Assembly: GCF_018350175.1 (NCBI RefSeq) | Contig: NC_058369.1 | Location: forward strand, 2,730,001 to 2,794,000 | Source of the DNA: Felis catus | Taxonomy: Eukaryota | Direction of reading: 5' to 3' | Length of the DNA stretch: 64,000 bases | Shown here: positions 52,338 to 64,000 of the stretch, in pieces | Position numbering within the stretch: the first letter of the stretch is position 1 | Layout: each line of letters opens with the position of its first letter | Notes under the pieces: model-generated | What the model was told of the DNA's origin: nothing | Database searches by the model: none | The model's input: only the letters and a program-made list of their open reading frames with translations | Translations under genes and position numbers: made by a program

Positions 52338-55300
52338 TTACTGCGAAAGGCAAGGGCGCGGGTGAGGACCCCCCTCCCACCCCCGCCCCGCCGCGAGGGC
52401 CCGAGACACCGGCCCCCTCCCGCCCCGGGCCTCCGTTTCCCCGTCTGTCCCGGGGCCCGAGAGGCCCCGGGCGTGGCGGGCCGGGGCGCACTTACTGTGT
52501 CGCTCTCGCCGTCGGAGGCTGGGTGGACCTGCGCGCTATAGTGCAGCGGGGAGTACACCCAGCTCCTCTCGTCGGCGGGCTGCAGGGCGGGCGGGCGCAC
52601 GTGCAGGAAGGGCGCGCAGAAGAGCAGGGTGCGAGGAGGCGCGAGAGAGGCAGGCGGGAGGAAGGAAGAAACAGAAATAAAGGAGGCGGACCCCAACGCG
52701 GACGACGAGTAGGCGGCTCAGCCCCCGCTGTCCTCTCCCCGACAGGCCCCAGCCCCACCTGGACGGCCCCCTCGGGCCGGCGGGGCCGAGCGGCGGCAGT
52801 GCGGGGTGGGCGGCAGGGAGCGGCGCGGTGCAGGGGTGGGGGGTGCAGGCAGGGCCCGGAGCAGCGGAGGGGAAGGGAGGGGCGTGGGGCGTGGCCTGTT
52901 TGCTGTCCCCGCCCCTCCCGCTCGGCCCTCCCCCCGGCACCTTCGCCTCGGTCCTAGCCCCGCGGGCAGCGCTCCGGCCTCAGTCCTGCCTGCTGTGCGG
53001 CCACTGGGGCCGCCAGCTGGGGCAGGGCCCTGGGGACCCTCCGCTGGGGGTCCCGGGTGATGTGGGCAGTCGGGGACACAGGGTGGAGGCTGTTTCCTCA
53101 TGCCCCAAACGCACAGATAGCCGGGAGACACCCAGGCACGGGCCACCCAGACAGCAAGCAACACAGGCCCAGCCAGGGGGTGCGCTCTTCCGGCCGTGAC
53201 GGGGAAGGGGGTCGCCATTCTGGGTCGGACTGGCGGGGAGGGCACGTGTGCCTTCGGCACCCACCCACACGTGTCCGTCCTGGGTCTGTTCCCACCACAA
53301 GAATCCTCCCCACCCCCAGCCCCCTTCTCCTTTTTCTTTCTCTTCTCTCCTGCCCACCCCCCCCCCCCCCATTCTTCAGTGCCTGTAGACCTACCCCCTT
53401 GCCCCGCCTCTGCTGGGAGCAGTGGGCCTGAGCACGCACCTGCCCTGGCCACGCCCTCCTGGCCGTCCACGGCCCCCAAACCACGGGGGCCACAACCCAA
53501 AACGCCCCCAGACCTGCCCCTCCTGCGTCCGACCCCGACCACCAGCCTCGCCTCTACAAGGGGTGGCTTCTTCAGGGCCTCGTGAAGGACAAGCACCAGC
53601 GTGCGGCCTCTACGCTCTCTGGGTGAGCCCAGGCCCTCCCGCCCCACCTTGGGGCCCCTGCCTCTGCCCACCCCACCCTGCCCCTCCTCCAAGCTCTTGC
53701 CGCGGGACCTGCCCCCACAGGCCAGACTCCCTGGCACCCACACGAGGCACGGCCCGCCTCGGGGCACCTCGGCCAGCTCATTCTTGCCCCAGCACCCGGC
53801 CCGGGGGCCCCTGGCCCAGGGACACGCCCCCTGAGGGCTGTCCGCTGGCGGATGGACTCGTGCAGGGGCGCACAGGCCCTGCGGCTGCTTACTGGTCACA
53901 GCACAACAAAAGCGCTGCCTGCCTGGGAGTCCCCGCGCGGGTGGGGGTGGGGGCGGGGAGGAGGAGCCGCCACAGATAGACGACGTGAGGGTAGCTGCCC
54001 CTGTAGGGCAAGAACGTGGGACAAGCGGGTCTGTGCCTGCACTCTCCAAAGAGCCTGCCCGGGGAAGCGATGGTGGGCAGGACACAGAACCCCGTGGTGA
54101 CCCCACTAAAGTGGGGCCAAGGACACACGGTCCCCGGTTCTGCAGGCCCTCGGGCCTGCCCCACCCATCTAGCCCTCTCGCTCTTCCTTCCCTCTCCTCC
54201 CCGGCGCCCCCCACTGGCTTCCGCTGTGCCCCCCACGGAGCCCAGCCTTCCCTCTCCCACCTCCCCACACCCCGGTGATTCTAGGTCAGGGTCAACCCCT
54301 CTCCAGGCAGCGTTGCAAAGCACTCCCCTGGGGGCCCTCGGGGCCTGCTCTTGGATCATCCTAGGGGTGTTGCATCCCTGACTCACGAGGACCCAGCACG
54401 GCAGGAAGGCCTGGGGAAGCGGTTTCCACCTCTCGGGTTAGCTCAGTGCCGGCGCCCAGGGATGCTCAGAGGCATTTGGGGCTGGGGGGTGTGAGCCTCT
54501 GAGGGGCCTCGTCTTGAGAACAGAAACTTACTTCAGGTACTCAACCTGTTCTGCCTGCTTGGAGCGCTGTGCGGCTCCGGGAAGGTTACCTGGCCTCTCT
54601 GGGCCCTCATTTATTGCTCATGATGCCAATTATCAGGCACCGATGCTGGCACTGCCGCATGAGGTGCACATAGCGTCCCAAGCCCATTACGTAAAGGAGG
54701 GTCCCCGAGACACAGGGGCTGCCTGGGAGCCTGGACCCAGATTTTATGTAAACCGTGGGCCCTCGTGGGCTTCCTGGGGAGCCGAGACCTTGGTCCCTCC
54801 ACTGTGAAATGAGTATGGAAAGACCACCTCCTCTCTCCTGCGGCTAAGAGCCTGGCTTTGCGGTCCCTTTGCTGACCCATGTGACCACCTGCTTCCACAG
54901 GGCAGACGCCCCTTGGGGAGCCATCGGCAGCGAGGTCTGACTATGGGACAAGTGTCCTCTGGCCTGTCCCTGACTTGGGCGGGCTGGGGAGAGGGGCAGA
55001 GGCCGCCAGGGGCTGGGGTCAGATGCAGACCCCGCCGCCGCGGCCAAGTCCCCTTATCCCCGGCCGTGTGTGCCTACAGGCCCAGTGGTGATATCACCAG
55101 GGGACACGTGGCTGGTCTCGGTCAAGGTGCTTACTTCCCCAAGTCCCTTCTCAGAGGCCATGGGACAGCCGGGACCTGTGGCTCCCTGCTGCCCAGGGTG
55201 GTGGGTCGGGGGCTGGGCTCCCTGGAGGCCTGCTGTGGTCACTTACAGTCCCTGAGGAGCTCAGCGTCACGGCCCGCAGTCGGCGATGCCGGGGAGAGTA

Positions 55301-58300
55301 AATCCAGTACCTCCCATCGGTGAACTGGGCGGGCCGGGCGAGCGGGGGGAAGAAGCAAACAGAGGACAGGATGAGGCAACGGAATCCGGCAGGGAGGTCA
55401 GGTGGGGAGGGCGCGGGGCAGGGGCAGGTAAGCCGATGGCCAAGCGGGAGGTGAGTCTGGGGGTGGCGGGGTCCCGCTCTGGCCCGCTACCTTCTCTGCT
55501 GCCTGCAGGGCCTGGCCACCCACTCAGGTGACAGGACCCAGACGCGCACATCGAACACGGCCCCGGAGCCGCCTCGCACACTGATCCGCAGAATGGGACA
55601 CAAACCAAGCCCCCCGGGATGGGGAGATGACGGCGGGTGTGGGGACGCACACACAGTGCACCTGTTACGACTCCAGGCCAGACAGAGGCCCCAAGACAGA
55701 CAGCAGTGTGGTGTTAGCTAGGAGACAGTGGTGCGGCAGGCCCCCAGCTCACAGGACCCGGGGGGGAGAGACGAGATCAAAGGTCCGGGAGGGAGACAGG
55801 CAGGCCCCTCCACTGCACGAGGCCACTTGGCCACCCGGCACCCATCTCACCCAGGCTCCCGGCCCAGCTAACCTGTCTACCTGTGGGAGATGCAGGGCGG
55901 GAGGCGACCCCCAGCTCTGGAAGAGAGGTCCCGGGCCCCCGGGTCCCCGGGGCAAGGCCCCTTCCTGCCGCGACAGACCCCACCTCCTCCAGGAGCAGCC
56001 GTGAGTCCTCGGCCACGAGGTTGGCAGCATGAAGCACACCTGTCCCACCTGCCCCTCGCCACAGTCCCCTTACCTCCCCGAGAACAGAACCCACCTGGCC
56101 GTACCCCCCACCCCCCTCCCAGCAGGAGAAGGGCCACGCAGCCTGCAGCCCTTAGCAGCCAGCGCCGGGGCTGCCCGGGACCTACGGGGCCCTGTGGGGC
56201 TCGGAGCTCGAGGACAGGGCAGTTCCCCTGACTTGGGGTGGCCTGGCCTGGAGGGCGCGGGGCAGGGCGTTCCCACAGCACGTGAGCGTGTGGGTGTAAA
56301 TGCGTGCGAAGGCACACTGGGTGTGCGAGAGCGTGCGGAGGGGAGCGCTGACCCGTGAGTGCACGTCTGTGTCCACAGGAGTGCCTTGTGAGCGCGTGAG
56401 TGCGTCTGGTCGAGGGCCTGGCGACGTCGGGAGCTGCAGGGGACTTACAAAGTAGATGTCAGTGGCGGGCGTGTCCTCCTCATCCGAGGCCTGGCTGGCG
56501 GGCTCCGAGGCCTGGCTGGCCGTTTCTGCTTCGGCAGCAGCAGAGGCACAGGCTGGGGAAGCCTCCACCCTGGGAACACAGGGACACGGGAGTCCTGGGG
56601 GCAGGGCTCTGGACGGCACCCACCTGCCCCAGCCCCCGCCGCAGGGTCCTGCCTGCCCCCTCCCCTCTCATCAGTGGGGCAGCACAGACGCGAAAGACTC
56701 AGGAGGCCAAAGAAAACAGAACCTCCCCATCACTGCTGAGGCCCAGGAGATAATCGGCCCTCCCGCGAACGGGTGAGCACACACCAGTGGGCGGGCAGGT
56801 CCCGGCGCCACCATCACTCCCCGTGCGACCCTGAGGGTCCTTTCCCGTCCGAGCCTCAGTTTCCCCATCTGTGGAGGAGGGACGCCGGGCACCCACCATG
56901 TTGGGTCAGAACCTCTTTCTCATCTTCACCGAGCACTTCCTCTGGGCCAGGCCCTTTCAGGAACCTTGCCTGAATTCACCCAGCGACCCTCCACTGGGGA
57001 GGAGACTGCCACCCTCCTGAGTTACAGACAGGAAACTGAGGCTCCAGATGGGAAGTGAGGCGTGTCCTAAGCCGAGTGACCGGGGATGGATTCCAGCTCC
57101 TGAGCAGAATGACAGGCTCTGAGATGGGGGAGCACCTCTACCCTTGGAGGGATGGGCTGTTTGGGGGGCAAAGACCGAAAGACGCGTTATACTGCTAAGA
57201 ATTCAGTTAAGGGCAAAAAAGCCACGGGTAGCAGAAACCGCTGTGTGTGCACACACGGGTCTGTGCGTGTCAAATAAATTCTATTTTTTTTTTACTGTTT
57301 ATTGTTTTTTAATGTTTATTTTGAGAGAGAGAGAAATAGAGAGCGCGATATCAAACGTGAGAAGGGGGAGGGGCAGAGAATCCCAGGCAGGCTCCGAGCC
57401 ATCCGAGCAGAGCCCGATGTGGGGCTTGATCTCACGAACCATGAGATCACGGCTTGAGCTGAGATCAAGAGCCAGCTGCTCAACTGAATGAGCCACCCAG
57501 GCGCCCCTCAAAACAAACTCTGGAAGGCAAAGTGCAGCCTGGGAATGTGTGTCTGTGAGAGTGAAGTAAGGTCTCTCGAAACGCAATGGAAATTTTAAAA
57601 AGCACATAAAGCAGAAATCGTGACAAAAGCAAGAAAAATTTGATCACGATGCCAATTACAGGACCAAACACACCAAAGAGGAGAAACGAGGATGTGACGC
57701 AACTGAATGCCATCAATCGATACATCAGACAGAGCGGGCTCAGAACTTTCCATCCCTTCACAGAGAACACACGTTGTTCACACACGTCCACTGACCTTAA
57801 ACAATGAATTCTGTGGGGCGCCTGGCTGGCTCAGTCGGTTGAGCATCCGACTTTGGCTCAGGTCATGATCTCACAGTTCGTGAGTTCCAACCCCACATCG
57901 GAGTCTCTGCTTTCAGCGCAGAGCCCATTTCGCATCCTCTGTCCCCCTCTCTCTCTGCCCTTCCCCCGCTTGCATTCTCTCTCCCTCTCCCTCAAAATAA
58001 ACAAACATTTAAAAAACGAAATCTGTATTGGAGCAGAAAGGCTGAATGTTTTTAAAATATACGTGGATTTTCTAGTCTGCTTCCTTCAACTTAAAGCTAA
58101 GATTAAGTACTGAAAATGTAAACAAAACAGTCTTCAAATACTCCAAAGTTGGGAGACACTCCTAAATAAACCTTGCAGCAGGGTCTCCATGGACGTGGGG
58201 GCGGATGGTTCTCTGGGGGCGTGCGGGGCAGGGCACGATTCTGGCCACAGGTGTCCCCAGACACCAGCCCCATGTCCTCTGGGGGCCAAGAGCCACTGCC

Positions 58301-61300
58301 TCGGGTCAGAGAGGACCTGAGAAGCGAAATGACACGCTTCGGCAGGCCAGTATAGAAGAGCCGCTTCTCGCTGAGCCCACGGACGGCGGCATCAGCGCCG
58401 GGTGGCCCACGCGCGGCCGGGAGCGCCTCCTTGTCTGAGACACACGGGAGCCTGAACCCCCGTCTGCGCCGGAGGAGCAGGAACGCGCACGGAAACAAAC
58501 CAGGAGTCCGTGAATCGGGCACACGACACGACGGGGGAAGCGGGCTGAGCCCAGAAGGCTCCCTGGGGAGCCGGGACCCCACTCCTGCCAGCTCGGGGCT
58601 CCAGGCTGGGGACCCCAGGGGCTGAGGAAGAATCCCAGGACTGGCGCACCGCCGGCGGTTCTGTCGGAGACCCGAGGCGCCGGAGGAGCCCCTGTGCGGA
58701 CCGCCCCTTCCAGGGCCCCACTTCGGGCCCCAGAACGCGGACTCCATTACCCAGCCTGCCTCGGGGGCCAGCTGGCCACGTGGCCACGCTCAGCCAATGG
58801 GATCAGAGCAGAAGCCGAGAACAGAGTCGGGCAACTGGACGGCCGCCGGCCCGCTGGCTGGTGACTCACCCCGCGTCTTCCTCCTTGGGGACCACGATCT
58901 CCACGCTGCACGCGGACTCCACCTGCACCGTGACCTGCTGCAGGTCCTCCTCCACGTGTGTCTCCTCTTGGGACCTGGAGGCAGTGGGAAGCTGCACCTC
59001 ACGCTCTCTCTCACCGGAACTCTGTCCCCCGGGGGTGGGGGTGGGGGTGCACCAGGCAAGCTCCAGGCCGGTGGATCTCCAGTCCTGGTGGGAAGCTGGG
59101 AGCCTCCGTGGGGTGCTCCCTCTGGGTGCCACCTGACCAGTGCCCTGAGCTGGCCCAGCTCACCCCTGGGGTCTGCAAGGGGGCAGGGACTGACCGTGAC
59201 CCCAGTACCAGCAGGGGAATAATGTGTGAATGGTGGCCTGGATCCTGCCCACCCTCCTGGGGGTAGCTGGGCGCTGGCCTGGAGGTGGGGTGGTTCCGGG
59301 GGGTTCAACGATCCAGGGCCCTGATGTAGACGCGTCAGAACATTCGGGCAGCCAGGAATGGACAATGTCTCCGCAGAGCAACACCAGAGAGCAAAAAGGT
59401 TGTGGAGGCTGGAGGGGGCAGCTGGACAGAGGGAAACGCTTTCCACCGAAAGTGCTTTATGCCATAACTTTCTTTCCAACTGGCAGGAATATTTAACCCC
59501 CAGACTAAGGAAGGCAAGCCCTACAGGTCGCGTTGTAAGATCCAGCAAGAGGAACCACCCAAGTGCCCCCGGGGGGGGGGGGGGGCAGGCGAAGCCCTGT
59601 GAGGTGCAAGAGAAGCAGTGGGGGCTCCACGTGCTCACAGCCGGCCTTGACCTGTAAGTGTGCACAGCAAGGGGTCTGCGGTGACACAGGCCTCTGCTTG
59701 AGGCAGACACAGGCCGTGTGTACGTTTTCTCGTAAGCTCATAATGTAGTTCCAGAAAGAGACAAAAAAACAAAAGACCCGTCCAGGGGTGGCCCCCATGG
59801 AAGGGAAGGGGCATGGGGCAGGGGGGGCATTCACTACATTCTCTTTTGTACCCCTTAGAATAAAAACTAATAAAATTAAAAAACCAACAAGCAGGTGCAG
59901 GGAAGGGAGTGGGAGGGTGGAAAGAATTACAAAGTGACTCACGATTCTGTGCAGTTCTAGCCCCTAACTTAAATCCGCGCCCAGGCAAGTGGTCAGAGAG
60001 GCGGGGCTCTGGGCGGGAGGGCAGACGGGGTGCGAGGGGGAGGGGAGGAGGGAGGAAAGGCCTTGCGGGGAGACCGGGAGACCGTGGGGCCAGGTGGGGA
60101 GAAGCTGGGGTCTCATCTCACCGGCCATCCTGTCCGGAAGACTGTGTGCGCCGCCTGCGGAGAGACGCAAGCAGGTGGAACCGGTGGCGGAGGCCGCCCG
60201 CCCCACCGGGTACAGGGGATGTGGCCACGCCCCCGCCTCGCGGAGGGAGACGCCCCCGGCCCCTCACCGGTACCGTGGCTGCTCTGAGGTCTCCGAGGGA
60301 GATCGCTCTGGGATGGAGAGGGACGTGGAAGACAGGGTTGTGGCGATGGAGGCGGTGGTGGCCTCCTCAAAGGATGGCGGCGTGCAGGGCAGGAGGTCGG
60401 GCCGGCCTGCGGGGAGGAGGCTGTGGGCGCCTGCAGGAGCCGGGCCCCCAGGGCAAACCTTCCGGGCCTCTGGCGCCACCTGTGGCTCGGCTCACCTTCT
60501 GCACCCATGCCCCACCCCCACCTGCCACCCAACACTACGTCCTGCTGGCCAGCTTTAAGAGGGCAAATGCATTCCAATTTACCCCTGGCACAACAGCTTC
60601 CAGCAGCCCACCCGTCCTGGAGGCCCACAGGTCCTGCTCCACCTGCCCACCTCCTCGCTCACTCTGCTGCGACCACACAGGCCTCTCACTGTTCCTCCAA
60701 CGCGCCAGGCCTACTACTGCCCCAGGGCCTTTGCACATGCAGTCTCTCCCTTGATGCTATTCCCCCAGACCCTCCCTGTCTGGCATCTTTGACTCCTTAA
60801 CCCTGGAAACTGGGAGGGACCTTCCAAAACACCATGCCCAACCCCATCAAGTGCTTCATCCCTCTGGGTGTCTGCACGCCTGGTGATGGGGTGGGTCACC
60901 TCTCCCTCCGCAGCACTTCCCAGAGGGCTGTAGATCTCAGACTGGGATGGGGGCGGGGTGACTGTGACCCAGGCCCTTCCCATCCAAGTACCAGCTTCAG
61001 GGAACCTTTCCTCACACTGGGGTGCTCCCTGCGTCCCCTCCCCTCGGCCCCCCAGGGACGTTGTCTTTCCCCAGCAGCCCCCTGATCTCTCCTGTCACGG
61101 AGGCGCCCGCTCCCCAGCCTGCCCGGTCACCTTCGTCCTCCAGCGTGGGGTAGCTGCGGGCCCCCCGAAGGTCATACTGGGCATCTTCCCGCTCGCTGGG
61201 GATCTGGCTGGCCGAGAAGGCGGCCGTGGGCCCCAGGGGCTTTACAGCCAATGACGCACCACGGCCCTTCTTGGACGGGGAGGACTTCAGAGCTGTGGAG

Positions 61301-62864
61301 AGAGGCGCACTGGCGCTCAGGGGCCGCCTGGGAGCCCCCGGCAACCCTGAGGCAGGGGCCCCCAGCCCCCATCCCTCCTTTGCGCGGAAGCCTGCTCGCC
61401 ACCCCCTCGAGGCCCCTGCCTGCATACGTGGCCCCCGCTGCCCGGCCTCCAGCCCGGCCCTCAAGCCTGGGCGACGAGCCGCTGTCTTTGTGGAGAAAAC
61501 CCTGCCCTGCTTTCTACCCGGCTCTGCCTCGGGAGGCACCAGGAGGCCCCCTTGTCGCAGCCCGCCCTGGCTGTGGCCTCCACTTTCAGACAGGAAACAG
61601 AAGGCCTTGGGGCGTGCAGGGCTCAGCACCAAGGGCCTGGTCCAACCTGGGACGAGTGGCCTGTGGAATGCGGCTCAGCCCTTCCGGGCCCCAGCATCCT
61701 CGCCTGTAACAACAGGGTCGGACAAGGTGGGTGAACCCCGCAACACCCTCGGCACCGGGCCCAGCCCACCAGCCCCCGTCACGGCGTCCTCCCCGTCCCT
61801 GCTGCGAGCTCTGGCCCCGGGACGGCCGGCACAGACCCCGGCACACAGTACGTGCTCAATTCGCGTTGTGAACAGCCCTCTGGTACCTGGAGGCTGGTGA
61901 GCCCCCCGGACCACAGTGAGAATGACGCCCCAGGAGAGGTTCCAAGGCGTGACACGTGGACGCCGATGAACAACCCACTCTCAGGAGACAATCCCACTTC
62001 CGTCAATTTCAAGCTCCCGGCTAGATGTCACTGAACGTGGAGTGTTGGCTCGACGAGCCGGCTCCAGGTGACCAAGCTGGGTCACGGCCCACACAGGCCT
62101 GGCCCAGGCCGGGAGAGCAGGTAGGCACTGGGCACTTAACACCTACTGTGTGCCAGGCCCCAGCCTAGACACTGGGGACACAGAGCGACCAAGGCTGACG
62201 AGAACGCTGCCTTCTGGGGACACAGGGTCCGGGGGGCAGATGGCGGACAGACACACGGGGAGAAAGGCCCCTTCTGGGACGTGTGCCGGGATCTGGGACC
62301 CGAGGCCCAACAGACACCCAGGGGGCAAGAGCCGCCTCTGTCCTGCGTCCTCCTCGACAATGCCGGGTCCCGGCTGCTGACCGGCCGCTTCTGCGTCCAC
62401 CAAGGTGGTTTCCTCGGTGACGGCACGAGGCTGCAAGTGGTCCGCCTCAATGTGCACCGGTGCAGGGTCAAGCCCAGCTGCTGCGTGTGTACAGATGGGG
62501 AAACTGAGGCACAGAGCGGGGCATCGCTTGCTGGAGGTCACCCCGGCAGGAGGCGGTGCAGCCAGGACTCGAGCTCAGACGGTGGGCCCCAGGCCCTGTG
62601 CTGGGCCCCGTGAGCGTGGTGCCCTGACCCTCCCGTTCTCTGGACCGAGTCCCTGACCGAGGCCCAAGGATGGCCGAGTAGCGGGAGGTGACCCTGTGGG
62701 CTCGCTCGGCTCTTGGCCGCCCTGCCTCCCGTCTCTGCACCCCGGGGGCCCTCCTGCCCAAAGTGCCTGGGAGGCTCACAGGAGTTCTTCCGGAAAACCG
62801 TGTTGCTCATGAACTTGAAGAAGCGCTCTGCGTAGAAGCTGGGCCGGTGGACAGAGACGGTGTC
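52338..62864 (-). CDS. PIP5K1C: Phosphatidylinositol 4-phosphate 5-kinase type-1 gamma, 3' part (5' exons lie beyond the window)
   Basis: Exons 62864-62780 ([28 protein letters not shown]), 61292-61131, 60406-60268, 60154-60122, 58974-58870, 56569-56449 (...ATDIYF), 52579-52496 ([15 protein letters not shown]..., talin/AP-2 binding tail), and stop TAA 52340-52338 as the first codon of the last exon. Phases are consistent. Confidence 0.95.
55247..55324 (-). CDS. PIP5K1C: PIP5K1C alternative 26-codon cassette exon ([26 protein letters not shown])
   Basis: cag|TTC ACC GAT...GGG ACT|gtaagt, 78 nt, phase 0/0. Matches my recollection of the PIPKI-gamma i3/i5-type insert. Confidence 0.85.
57283..57508 (-). 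mobile_element. CAN-SINE
   Basis: Reverse SINE ending gagccacccaggcgcccc. Confidence 0.85.
57815..58020 (+). mobile_element. CAN-SINE
   Basis: Head, CT tract and A-rich tail. Confidence 0.85.
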
Positions 62865-64000
62865 CTGGGAAGCGAAACAAGGGCCCGAGGGCAGAAGGGC
62901 GTGAGTGCCGTGGTCCCACCAGGAGCTCCCCGGGTCCCGCGGGACAGCCCAGGGCACAGGCGGGCGGCGGGGCAAAGCCGCCCATGTGGGGAGGGGACTG
63001 GATCCCCAGCACGGGGCTTCCTGGACGGACCCGGGGGTCAGGTGACGGTGGCAGAGGGCAGGGTGGGAGGGAGACTCCGCCATCATAAACCCGTCTGTAT
63101 TTCTAATGCTTTGAACCATGGGAAGCGACAGCTACTCCAAGAGGTATGGAAACCAGGGCAATTCTCTGAGAGCGAGTCTCAACAAAGGACGGCTGGACGC
63201 CTGTTTTGTAAGGGACGGTTGGTGGCGCACAGCCACGCCTGAGGTGGGGACAGGCGGCCGCTGGTGTCCCTCGGTCCCACACCCCAGTGTGGGGTGATGC
63301 CGGGCTCCCCTCTAAGCTGGTCTCCTGGTCTGCGCGACAGGGAGGCTAGAGGCTGCCACTCTCGCCGGACGCGACAGCACCCCCACCCCCCCGGGGGTGA
63401 CAACCACAGGTGCCCCCAGACAGGGCCCGGGTCCTCCTCCTGCTGTAACGTAACAGAACACAGGGGACTCGCGGCCTCCAGGGTGAAAGCGACATGTCCC
63501 ATCCTCGCTGCAGCGAGGCGTGACCGCAGGACCGCGTTCAGGCAGGTGGTGGGGGAGACGAGGCAGTGACAGCTTCCGCCCTCTCCTCTGCCTGGAGTGC
63601 CCTGTGGGGGGCCAGCCGCGTGGGCCACGCCCAGGAGTGTGCAGCGCCAGGCAGAAGCAGCCGGCCCTGGACCCCAGGGGCCACCCCACCTGCCCCAGAC
63701 CGTTCACGCCTGTATGGCTACGCTGACCACCGTTTGGGCCCCCAAACCCGAGCAGCCTCGGTAGGGCTTACAGTGCCTCCGGCTGCCATGGCTTCGTGAC
63801 GCCGTGAGAGGGTTCCTGCCCCCTGGCCCTTCTTGGTGCACCTTCTGGAAGCTCCCATCTGGACCGTCCAAACACTCTCTGAGGGGTGTTGGGGGCCGGC
63901 TGGGGTTCTGGATTTTACAGACCGCACGCACGCAGACAGCCCTTAACGTTTCAGTAAGAATCGGTCTGAAGGGAGCCACGGGAGGACAGGCGTGCATCGG

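Noticed and set aside
52718..54268. 516-aa minus-strand ORF in a PIP5K1C intron
   Set aside because: GTG start, low-complexity G/R/P/A composition, no periodicity or recognisable domain, and no splice route found, unlike the GIPC3 ORF.

Overview
Eukaryotic, very GC-rich genomic DNA from a felid, judged by the abundant SINEC_Fc-type CAN-SINEs. The gene order matches human 19p13.3: HMG20B (+, 9 coding exons, 317 aa), GIPC3 (+, 6 exons, 312 aa), TBXA2R (-, 2 coding exons, 343 aa), CACTIN (-, 10 exons, 754 aa) and the 3' half of PIP5K1C (-, with alternative C-terminal exons). I traced all exon junctions by hand; they are GT-AG and keep frame. The main finding is that the GIPC3 '3' UTR' holds a stop-free ~2.5 kb reading frame built on a degenerate 18-nt (hexapeptide, SSxTQP-like) repeat. 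A second GTAAG donor 13 nt downstream of the canonical exon-5 donor splices exactly into that frame. This predicts an NMD-insensitive 1109-aa GIPC3 isoform in which the C-terminal part of GH2 is replaced by an ~850-aa S/T/Q/P-rich repeat tail. Gene identities and comparisons with human proteins come from recall, not database searches.
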